DNA of 64,000 nucleotides from Scenedesmus sp. PABB004 (taxonomy: Eukaryota). The stretch is taken from contig JABVCE010000002.1 of NCBI GenBank assembly GCA_014905635.1, forward strand, positions 1,612,001 to 1,676,000, given 5' to 3'. Positions 47,980 to 57,641 of this stretch are shown here, in pieces. Made by a program: the position numbers and the translations under genes. How positions within the stretch are numbered: position 1 is the stretch's first letter; every line of letters begins with the position of its first letter. The notes under the pieces are model-generated. The model saw only the letters and a program-made list of their open reading frames with translations, was not told the origin of the DNA and searched no databases.

Positions 47980-50900
47980 CGCCGGGGTCCGCCGCCGGCG
48001 GCCGCGCGGCGCCCGCGCGCGCGCCGCTCGGCGGCGCCGCGGCGCAGTGCTGCCGTGCGCCGTTTTGCCTGCCCCGCCGCCCCTGCGGAGCGGGGGTGCG
48101 GGGCTCCCACAGGCTGCCCGGCCACGGGCTGCGCCGCCGGGGTCCGCCGCCGGCGGCCGCGCTGCGCCGCGGGCCGCGCGCCGCCCGCGCGCGCGCCGCT
48201 CGGCGGCGCCGCGGCGCAGCGCTGCCGTGCGCCGTTTTGCCTGCCCCTCCGCCCCTGCGGAGCGGGGGTGCGGGGCTCCCACAGGCTGCCCGGCCACGGG
48301 CTGCGCCGCCGGGGTCCGCCGCCGGCGGCCGCGCTGCGCCGCGGGCCGCGCGCCGCCCGCGCGCGCGCCGCTCGGCGGCGCCGCGGTGCAGCGCTGCCGT
48401 GCGCCGTTTTGCCTGCCCCTCCGCCCCTGCGGAGCGGGGGTGCGGGGCTCCCACAGGCTGCCCGGCCACGGGCTGCGCCGCCGGGGTCCGCCGCCGGCGG
48501 CCGCGCTGCGCCGCGGGCCGCGCGCCGCCCGCGCGCGCGCCGCTCGGCGGCGCCGCGGTGCAGCGCTGCCGTGCGCCGTTTTGCCTGCCCCGCCGCCCCT
48601 GCGGAGCGGGGGTGCGGGGCTCCCACAGGCTGCCCGGCCACGGGCTGCGCCGCCGGGGTCCGCCGCCGGCGGCCGCGCTGCGCCGCGGGCCGCGCGCCGC
48701 CCGCGCGCGCGCCGCTCGGCGGCGCCGCGGCGCAGCGCTGCCGTGCGCCGTTTTGCCTGCCCCGCCGCCCCTGCGGAGCGGGGGTGCGGGGCTCCCACAG
48801 GCTGCCCGGCCACGGGCTGCGCCGCCGGGGTCCGCCGCCGGCGGCCGCGCTGCGCCGCGGGCCGCGCGCCGCCCGCGCGCGCGCCGCTCGGCGGCGCCGC
48901 GGCGCAGCGCTGCCGTGCGCCGTTTTGCCTGCCCCGCCGCCCCTGCGGAGCGGGGGTGCGGGGCTCCCACAGGCTGCCCGGCCACGGGCTGCGCCGCCGG
49001 GGTCCGCCGCCGGCGGCCGCGCTGCGCCGCGGGCCGCGCGCCGCCCGCGCGCGCGCCGCTCGGCGGCGCCGCGGCGCAGCGCTGCCGTGCGCCGTTTTGC
49101 CTGCCCCGCCGCCCCTGCGGAGCGGGGGTGCGGGGCTCCCACAGGCTGCCCGGCCACGGGCTGCGCCGCCGGGGTCCGCCGCCGGCGGCCGCGCGCCGCC
49201 CGCGCGCGCGCCGCTCGGCGGCGCCGCGGCGCAGCGCTGCCGTTTTTTTTTTTGTTTTTTTTTTTTTACAAGGGGTGACCAGACAAGGACCGAGGCCCAG
49301 GGGCAGCCCATTGAAAAAAGCTCCAACGGGAAGAGCGCAGCAACCCCTCGTGAAAAACCGCGCCCCGGCGCCCCCCGAGAGGGGGCCCACACATCACCCA
49401 ACGGCACAGCCAGAGGCCAACGCCCAACGGGCGCCCAAGGAGACCAGGTGATGCCCCGCAATCAAAGGGGCAGCAGCAGATCAGGCCGCACACCCCCGTC
49501 CGCTGCGGCGAGCCGCACCGGGCATCGGTGCAGCGAGGTGCACCAGCTCCAAGCCTGCCGCCAGACGCAGGGTACGGCCCGGTTTTGCCAGCCTGCAGCT
49601 GCCCGGCGGCGCAGGGCCGGCGCCCTGCTGTCACCAGCACGCAGACGACACCACCCTGCACGCAGCGTCAGTGGAGAGCGCCAAGCGGCTGCTGGACGGT
49701 GCCGTCGCGCCGTTCTGCCTGGCCAGCGGCGCGCAGCTCAACCTGGCCAAGTGCAAGGGCATGCTGCTGGGCGACCACCCGGCGCTGCAGCTGCAGCCGG
49801 ATGGCAGCGGGCAGCTGGTCGAGTGCAGCACGGGCGTGTGCTTCCCGGACACAGAGCAGGCGCCGATCAGGCACCTGGACGTGCTGCTCTCTGCCACCGG
49901 CGTCGAGCGGCACGCGGCGCAGCTTTACCGCGAGCGGCTGCGCACCATCACCTGCCGCATCAGCAGGACCCCGTGGCGGCGGCGGCGGCGGCGGCGGCGG
50001 CGCAGCGCGGCGGCTAGCTGCAGGGGCCGGGGGGGTCCGCGGCCGGGCTTGCTGCGACCCCGGCTGGCTGCGTGTCGCGCCTCTTCTGCAGCGTGCAAGG
50101 TTGGGCGGTGTCCGCCCGTGCCGCGGGGCTGGTGTCTGCGTGTTTGTGATGAGAGTGCGTGTTTTCGGCCGCACACTCACCCCATTGCGTGCATGGAGCC
50201 TAAAGGAAGCTACTCGGAACATTGGGCCTTAGTTGGGCTCTTGTGGAAGGTGCTAACCGCGGTGGAAGCTGCTTACGGCGCAGCTACCGGCAGCCGCCGA
50301 GAAGCTGCGATTACCGATACCGTTTCGGCTATATAGCTCCGTGCGCCCGCCCCGTTTGCCTAAGGAGTCTCTTCACCACGCACATGTAACCTTTGCTCCT
50401 TCACTTGTGTCTCCGTGCTCTCTCGTTGGCCAACCGCTGCTCTCCGCCGTTGTCGACTCGCTCCTCTAGCCGGCAACAACCGCACCTACTCCGACCAAGA
50501 GGTTATGAGCCCATCCCCGGTGCTCTAAAGGCATCGCGGAGGCTTCGCGCGCATCGCTCCGGCAACTCGACAACTCCGCGGAGCTCCGGAGGCCTCCGTC
50601 AAGCGGCCCAAAAAGAAGGCCCCAGATTCGATCCTGCGACCTCCACCGTCCTATTCGAGAGCCCTATTGTCTACTTGGCGCTTGGCAGAGGCCATCGCCC
50701 CTTGTCCGCGACTTCTTTTACTTGAGTCGCCCTCGTCAAACGCAGTAAATCGCGCCGCGCTTGCTCGCGCGTGCTCGTTTGCGCTCCGTCGCGCTCCGTC
50801 GCGCTTCCCGCGCCGCGCTCGATCTACTCGGCGCCGCGCGCTCGACGTCGGCCCTTCTCGCGCCGACTTTGCCTCTTCTCACGCTCAAGGGCCTCGGCCC

Positions 50901-51443
50901 TTCGCCCGTCCGCCCGCCCGCGCCGCTCACAGGTGTACGTACGACCCGGCCGTGCGCATCGGTCATCAAGGCGGGCGTCCGTGCACCTTGGGCGTGCGTG
51001 TCTACACGGCGGCGTGACGTTGGAGGACATCCCTCGACCCGCGCCCCTACGACCCTCGGCGCCCTCGACCCTCGCGCCCCTACGACTCTCGGCGCCCTCG
51101 ACCCTCGCGCCCCTACGACCCTCGGCGCCGTTGACCAACTCGTAACGCGCGCCGCGCTCGCGCCCGGCCGCTCTTGCGCCCGCGCGTGCGCCTCGGCTAC
51201 GCTCGCACGCTACGCTAGCGCGCGCCTCGTGTCTCCAAACCCGAGCTAACTTCAAAGGGGCCTTGCCCCCTTCGCCGTCCGCCCGCGCCCGCGCCGTACG
51301 TAGGTGTGCGTACGTCTCGGCCGCGTGCATCGGACATCTAGGCGGGGCGTCCGTACACCTCGTACGTGCGCGCGTCTACGGCGCGGCGTGACGTGGGAGA
51401 CATCTGCCAACAACTCCATCGGCCCGCCAACGCGGCTACCGTC

Positions 51444-54400
51444 ATGATGGACTTTGAAAAGTTTGGCGTTGAGCGATTCACCGGCTCCAACTACGTCACG
51501 TGGAGCACCAAGATTACCTTCTACCTCAAGCTCAAGGGCTTCTATGGCGCGCTCATCGACGCGCCGCCGCCCGGCAACGACGCCGACGCCGCGCCCGCGC
51601 GCGACGCCGCGCGGGACGACAAGGCCCTCGCCGCCATCGTCCTCTCCGTCGACAACAAGATCTTGCCACTCATCCAAACGTGCACCACCGCCAAGGAGGC
51701 GTGGGACAAGCTCGCCAACATGTACCACACCCAAAACACGGCAAGCATCGTGCGCTTCAAGCGCGAGTTGAGCACGCTCGCCAAGGGCAACACCGAGACC
51801 ATCACGGCCTTTGCCGACCGCGCGTACGCGCTCAAGGACAACCTCATCTCCGCCGGCGCCACGGTGGACGACATGGACATCTCGCTCGCCATGCTCGACA
51901 AGCTCCCGAGCGCCTACGAGGTCAACAAGAAGATCATCATGAGCAAGAAGCCCTTCCCCACGCTCGAGGAGGTCATCTCCGAGCTCTTGACCGTGGAGGC
52001 GCAAACCCCGGCCAACACCGAGAAGGCCTACTTTGCGACCGCGCCGCGGCCCAAGTTCAAGCCGCTCAACAAGACGTTCAACCCGCGCTTCAACAAGCCC
52101 TTCAACCCGCGCGCGCCCATGCTCGGCGCGTCGCGCTTCGTCAACCCGCCGCGCCCGTTCAACGGCGGCGGCTCGCCCGGCGGCAACCGGCCGCGCTTCG
52201 GCGCGTCCAAGGACGCCAAAGACGTGTGCTACTATTGCAAGAAGCCCGGCCACTTCATCGGTGAGTGCCGCGAGCGGGCCGCGGTCGAGGCGCGCAAGGG
52301 CACGCCCGACACCGAGCGGCGCGAGGTGGCGTGGACCGCCACCACGCTCGCTCCCGACTACGACAACCCGGACTACGCGTGCACGTGGTTCATCGACTCG
52401 GGGGCCGAGCGCCACATCACCAACGACGCCGGCGACCTCAACAATCCCAAGCCGTGCTCGACCAAGGTCATCGTGGGCACCGGCGAGGTGGTCGCCGCCG
52501 AGCTCGAGGGCGACGCCATCTTGCACGAGTCCAACGTCATCTCGCGGCGCATCGTGCTCCGCCGCGTGCTCTACATCCCCGGCTTTGCGGCCAAGCTCGT
52601 CTCCATCAAGATGGCCAAGCTCGCCGGCGCCACGTTCATCATGGAGGGCAACAAGTGCGCCGTGCGCATGGGCGGCGAGACGATCGTCACCGCCATCGAC
52701 GCGCCCAACGGCATCCCGTGCATCGTGAGCAACACGCTCCGCGGCTCCCCGAGCCCGGCGCTCATTGCCAAAGAGGCGCCCGAGGTGTGGCACGCGCGCT
52801 TTGGCCACCTCGGCTACGCCAACCTCGAGCGCGCCGCCAAGCACGGCATGGTGACCGGCATGGACCTCACGACCACCGACTTCAAGGCGCTCCCCATGTG
52901 CGAGCCGTGCGTGATGGGCAAGACGACGCGCCTCCCCTTCGGTGAGTCCGCGACGGTGTACGACACGCCGCTCGCGCTCGTGAGCATGGACGTGTGCGGC
53001 CCCATGACCGAGCTCTCTTACGGCGGCGCCAAGTACGCCGCGACCTTCATCGACCACGCGACGGGCTACTCCATCGTGCGCACGCTCAAGAGCAAGGCCG
53101 ACGTCACGCCGGCCGTCAAGGAGGTGCTCACCTACATGGAGAAGCAAACCGACGCCCACGTCAAGGCCGTCCGCACCGACAACGGCTCCGAGTACGTTAA
53201 CGCCGACCTCTCCGGCTTCTTCAAGGACAAGGGCATCGCGCACCAAAAGACCATGCCCTACACGCCCGAGCAAAACGGCACCGCCGAGCGGCTCAACCGC
53301 ACGCTCCTCAACAAGGTGCTCCCCATGATCTACGCCGCCGAGCTCCCGCCCGCGGCGTGGGGTGAGGCGATCATGACGGCCAACCACCTCCGCAACCTCT
53401 CTCCCGTGAGCGGCAAGCCCAAGACGCCGTTCGAGGCCTTCTTCGGCCGCAAGCCCGACGTGTCAACGCTCCGCGTCTTTGGCGCCACGGCCTACGCCCA
53501 CGTGCCCAAGGAGAAGAGGACCAAGCTCGAGCCGCACGCCGAGAAGGGCATCATGGTGGGCTACCCGGCCTTTGGCAAGGGCTACCGCATCCTCATGCCC
53601 GACGGCAACATCAAGTCGAGCCGCAACGTCGTCTTCGACGAGAGCAAGGTGCTCTCCAAGAGCTTCGCCAACTACAAGTCCCCGACGCTCATCGACCCCG
53701 ACATCACCCGCTACGCCGCCGAGAAGTTCCCGGCGGACGACGCCTTTGAGGACGAGCCCGACTCCGGCGCGCACGACGGCGCGCCGCCGAGCGGCTCCCC
53801 GCCGGGCACCCCGGGCGGCTCCCCGCCCGCGAGCCCCGGCGGCTCCCCGCCCTCGAGCCCGGGCGGCTCGCCGCCGCCCGCGCCGAGCCCGGCGCCCGAG
53901 AGCAACGACAACATGCCGGCGCCGACCGCCGGCGGCACCGACTCCACCACCGGCGGCACCATCACGCGCTCGGGGCGCGTGTCGCGCAAGCCCGGTGAGT
54001 GGTGGAACGCCGCCGCCGCCGCGCACTACGCGGGGCAGATCTTGCCCGACCCGGCCACGCGCACCGAGGCGCTCGGCCGGCTCGACGCGTCCAAGTGGGA
54101 CGACGCCATGAACGAGGAGATCGCCGCCCACGTGGCCAACAACACGTGGGAGCTCGACGTGCCGCCCGCCGGCGTCAAGATCATCCCGACCAAGTGGGTC
54201 CTCACGACCAAGACCGACCTCGCCGGCAACATCGAGCGCTACAAGGGCCGCATCGTCGCCAAGGGCTTCCACCAGATCGAGGGCATCGACTACGACGAGG
54301 TCTTCGCCCCCGTCGGCAAGTACGCCACGCTGCGCGCGGTGCTCGCGCTCGCCGCTGCGCACGACTACGAGATCATCCAGATCGACATTAAGAACGCCTT

Positions 54401-55574
54401 CCTCCAAGGCAACCTCGAGGAGGAGGTGTGGATCAGCCAGCCCGAGGGCTACGACGACGGCTCCGGCCGCGCGTGCCGCCTGATCAAGGCGCTCTACGGC
54501 CTCAAGCAGGCCCCGCGCGCGTGGCACTCGCGCCTGCACGAGGAGCTCACCAAGATGGGCTTCGCGCCGTCCAAGGCCGACGCATCGCTCTACGTCGGCA
54601 CCTCCGGCGCGTACATCCTCATCTACGTCGACGACATCCTCATCATTGCGCGCAACTGCGCGCTCGCCGAGTCGGTCAAGGCGGAGCTCTTTGCCGCCTT
54701 CAAGACCCGCGACCTCGGCGAGGTGAGCCAGTACCTCGGCATGCACATCACGCGCGACCGCATCAACAAGACCATCAAGATCACCAACGAGAAGATGGTG
54801 ACCGAGCTCGTCTCCAAGTACGGGCTCGCCGACTGCGCGCCCCGCGACATCCCCGTGAGCCTCGGCACCAAGCTCACCAAGGACAACGGCGACCCGCTCG
54901 ACATCGCGGCCTACCCCTACACGTCGCTCGTGGGAGCGCTCCTCTACCTCTCCATCACGGTGCGCCCCGACATCGCCTTTGCGGTGAGCGCGTTGACACG
55001 CTTCATGTCCTGCCCCACGACCGTGCACTGGGGCGTGGCCAAGGGCGTGCTCCGCTACCTGGCCGGCACCACCAACATTGGCATCATCTACGGCGGCATC
55101 AAGGGCAGCCTGGACCTCAACGGCATGTGTGACTCGGACTACGCGGCCGACCTCGACACGCGCCGCTCGACCACCGGCTACGTCTTCACCCTCAACGGCG
55201 GCGCAATCACCTGGTCCAGCAAGAAGCAGCAGACCGTCGCAGCCTCCACCACCGAGGCCGAGTACATGGCCGCCTCCGCTGCGGTCAAGGAGGCCCTCTG
55301 GCTGCGCAAGCTCATGAGCGACCTCAAGGTCAACATCGGCGCCATCGACATCCTCTCCGACAACCAGGGTGCGATCAAGCTGCTGCGCAACCCCGTGTCC
55401 TCGCAGCGCTCGAAGCACATTGACGTCGCGCACCACTTTGCGCGCGAGCGTGTGGCCCGCGGCGAGGTCACGTTCCACTACGTGCCCACGGCCGACAACA
55501 TCGCCGACGCGCTCACCAAGCCGCTGGCGCTGTCCAAGTTTGTGGCGTGCCGCACCGGCATGGGCATGGTGTGA
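51444..55574 (+). CDS. Copia gag-pol polyprotein, copy 2
   Basis: Same protein as copy 1 apart from two differences I could see (AFAGR/AFADR, RKPSE/RKPGE). Confidence 0.97.
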   Translation: MMDFEKFGVERFTGSNYVTWSTKITFYLKLKGFYGALIDAPPPGNDADAAPARDAARDDKALAAIVLSVDNKILPLIQTCTTAKEAWDKLANMYHTQNTASIVRFKRELSTLAKGNTETITAFADRAYALKDNLISAGATVDDMDISLAMLDKLPSAYEVNKKIIMSKKPFPTLEEVISELLTVEAQTPANTEKAYFATAPRPKFKPLNKTFNPRFNKPFNPRAPMLGASRFVNPPRPFNGGGSPGGNRPRFGASKDAKDVCYYCKKPGHFIGECRERAAVEARKGTPDTERREVAWTATTLAPDYDNPDYACTWFIDSGAERHITNDAGDLNNPKPCSTKVIVGTGEVVAAELEGDAILHESNVISRRIVLRRVLYIPGFAAKLVSIKMAKLAGATFIMEGNKCAVRMGGETIVTAIDAPNGIPCIVSNTLRGSPSPALIAKEAPEVWHARFGHLGYANLERAAKHGMVTGMDLTTTDFKALPMCEPCVMGKTTRLPFGESATVYDTPLALVSMDVCGPMTELSYGGAKYAATFIDHATGYSIVRTLKSKADVTPAVKEVLTYMEKQTDAHVKAVRTDNGSEYVNADLSGFFKDKGIAHQKTMPYTPEQNGTAERLNRTLLNKVLPMIYAAELPPAAWGEAIMTANHLRNLSPVSGKPKTPFEAFFGRKPDVSTLRVFGATAYAHVPKEKRTKLEPHAEKGIMVGYPAFGKGYRILMPDGNIKSSRNVVFDESKVLSKSFANYKSPTLIDPDITRYAAEKFPADDAFEDEPDSGAHDGAPPSGSPPGTPGGSPPASPGGSPPSSPGGSPPPAPSPAPESNDNMPAPTAGGTDSTTGGTITRSGRVSRKPGEWWNAAAAAHYAGQILPDPATRTEALGRLDASKWDDAMNEEIAAHVANNTWELDVPPAGVKIIPTKWVLTTKTDLAGNIERYKGRIVAKGFHQIEGIDYDEVFAPVGKYATLRAVLALAAAHDYEIIQIDIKNAFLQGNLEEEVWISQPEGYDDGSGRACRLIKALYGLKQAPRAWHSRLHEELTKMGFAPSKADASLYVGTSGAYILIYVDDILIIARNCALAESVKAELFAAFKTRDLGEVSQYLGMHITRDRINKTIKITNEKMVTELVSKYGLADCAPRDIPVSLGTKLTKDNGDPLDIAAYPYTSLVGALLYLSITVRPDIAFAVSALTRFMSCPTTVHWGVAKGVLRYLAGTTNIGIIYGGIKGSLDLNGMCDSDYAADLDTRRSTTGYVFTLNGGAITWSSKKQQTVAASTTEAEYMAASAAVKEALWLRKLMSDLKVNIGAIDILSDNQGAIKLLRNPVSSQRSKHIDVAHHFARERVARGEVTFHYVPTADNIADALTKPLALSKFVACRTGMGMV

Positions 55575-56035
55575 GTGTTGCGTCCGCGTGGGAGTGATGA
55601 GAGTGCGTGTTTTCGGCCGCACACTCACCCCATTCCGTCGCAGCCTCCACCACCGAGGCCGAGTACATGGCCGCCTCCGCTGCGGTCAAGGAGGCCCTCT
55701 GGCTGCGCAAGCTCATGAGCGACCTCAAGGTCAACATCGGCGCCATCGACATCCTCTCCGACAACCAGGGTGCGATCAAGCTGCTGCGCAACCCCGTGTC
55801 CTCGCAGCGCTCGAAGCACATTGACGTCGCGCACCACTTTGCGCGCGAGCGTGTGGCCCGCGGCGAGGTCACGTTCCACTACGTGCCCACGGCCGACAAC
55901 ATCGCCGACGCGCTCACCAAGCCGCTGGCGCTGTCCAAGTTTGTGGCGTGCCGCACCGGCATGGGCATGGTGTGAGTGTTGCGTCCGCGTGGGAGTGATG
56001 AGAGTGCGTGTTTTCGGCCGCACACTCACCCCATT
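55234..56035 (+). repeat. 401-bp tandem duplication in Copia copy 2
   Basis: Same junction CACCCCATT|CCGTCGCAG at 55634/55635. Confidence 0.93.
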
Positions 56036-57641
56036 GCGTGCATGGAGCCTAAAGGAAGCTACTCGGAACATTGGGCCTTAGTTGGGCTCTTGTGGAAGGT
56101 GCTAACCGCGGTGGAAGCTGCTTACGGCGCAGCTACCGGCAGCCGCCGAGAAGCTGCGATTACCGATACCGTTTCGGCTATATAGCTCCGTGCGCCCGCC
56201 CCGTTTGCCTAAGGAGTCTCTTCACCACGCACATGTAACCTTTGCTCCTTCACTTGTGTCTCCGTGCTCTCTCGTTGGCCAACCGCTGCTCTCCGCCGTT
56301 GTCGACTCGCTCCTCTAGCCGGCAACAACCGCACCTACTCCGACCAAGAGTTTGTCGTCGCGCGGCGAGGGGGCTGCAGCCGATGGGGCCGGCCCCTGGC
56401 GCCGCCGGCGTGTTTGGCGGCTGCACGCGCTCCGTGCGCGGCGGCTTGGCGTGCTGCCTGCCCGGTGGGGCGGCTTTCTCATCGGTGCGCGGCTTTCTCA
56501 GGGGTTTTTGCAGCAAAGCCAACTGCTGCCCCCTGGTGTGTGCGTGTGTCGTCGCGCGGCGCGGGGGCTGATGCCGCTGAGGCCGGCCCCTGCCGCCGCC
56601 AGCGTGGATGGCGTTTGCGCGTGATCTCTGCGCGGAGGCTTGGAGCCGGTGCACCTCGCTGCACCGATGCCCGGTGCGGCTCGCCGCACCGGAAGGGGGG
56701 TGTGCGGCCTGATCTGCTGCTGCCCCTTTGATTGCGGGGCATCACCTGGTCTCCTTGGGCGCCCGTTGGGCGTTGGCCTCTGGCTGTGCCGTTGGGTGAT
56801 GTGTGTGCCCCCTCTCGGGGGGCGCCGGGGCGCGGTTTTTCACGAGGGGTTGCTGCGCTCTTCCCGTTGGAGTTTTTTTCAATGGGCTGCCCCTGGGCCT
56901 CGGTCCTTGTCTGGTCACCCATTGTAACAAAAAAAAAAAAAGCTCCAAGCCTCCGCGCAGAGATCACGCGCAAACGCCATCCACGCTGGCGGCGGCAGGG
57001 GCCGGCCTCAGCGGCATCAGTCCCCGCGCCGCGCGACGACACACGCACACACCAGGGGGCAGCAGTTGGCTTCCGTTTTGCCTGCCCCGCCGCCCGTGCG
57101 GAGCGGGGGTGCGGGGCTCCCACAGGCTGCCCGGCCACGGGCTGCGCCGCCTGTGTCCGCCGCCGGCGGCCGCGCGCCGCCCGCGCGCGCGCCGCTCGGC
57201 GGCGCCGCGGCGCAGCGCTGCCGTGCGCCGTTTTGCCTGCCCCGCCGCCCCTGCGGAGCGGGGGTGCGGGGCTCCCACAGGCTGCCCGGCCACGGGTTGC
57301 GCCGCCGGGGTCCGCCGCCGGCGGCCGCGCGCCGCCCGCGCGCGCGCGCCGCTCGGCGGCGCCGCGGCGCAGCGCTGCCGTGCGCCGTTTTGCCTGCCCC
57401 GCCGCCCCTGCGGAGCGGGGGTGCGGGGCTCCCACAGGCTGCCCGGCCACGGGCTGCGCCGCCGGGGTCCGCCGCCGGCGGCCGCGCTGCGCCGCGGGCC
57501 GCGGTGCGGGGCTGGGGGCACCGGGTGCTGCCCGTGCGCGGGGAGGGGGGGGGGGCAAGTGGTGGCGGTCAACTTACAGAGGGTCTCCACCATGGCCGCC
57601 TCGTGGCGGCACCGCGCCTCCCCGCCCGGCACGCGCCTCGC

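Larger units (their letters stand above)
50147..56349 (+). mobile_element. Full-length Ty1/Copia LTR retrotransposon, copy 2
   Basis: 354-bp LTRs 50147-50500 and 55996-56349; TSD GTTTG; PBS at 50501. Confidence 0.97.
49557..56940 (+). mobile_element. Truncated, internally deleted L1-like LINE, family B (49557-50146 + 56355-56940), split by Copia copy 2
   Basis: RT motifs HQHADDTTLH (HADD at 49638-49649), FCLASGAQLNLAKC and IRHLD; ends TGTAAC-poly(A); 12-bp TSD AGCTCCAAGCCT (49545-49556 / 56941-56952). Confidence 0.8.
49243..57072 (-). mobile_element. L1-like family B 3' fragment (49243-49556 + 56953-57072), split by a nested insertion
   Basis: Poly(T) at 49243; the two halves join to give the reverse complement of ~56515-56940. 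Confidence 0.8.
25939..57503. repeat. 172-bp GC-rich satellite array, ~90 monomers, interrupted by retroelements
   Basis: CCCACAGG recurs at exact 172-bp spacing (ACAGG at 35223, 35395, 35567). Blocks: 25939-26109, 26922-28412, 28776-30158, 30522-41237 (~62 near-identical copies), 47410-49242, 57073-57503. Confidence 0.97.

Noticed and set aside
41238..56349. Two Copia copies as a segmental duplication or assembly duplicate
   Set aside because: Different TSDs, different flanks and diagnostic SNPs/indel indicate independent insertions.
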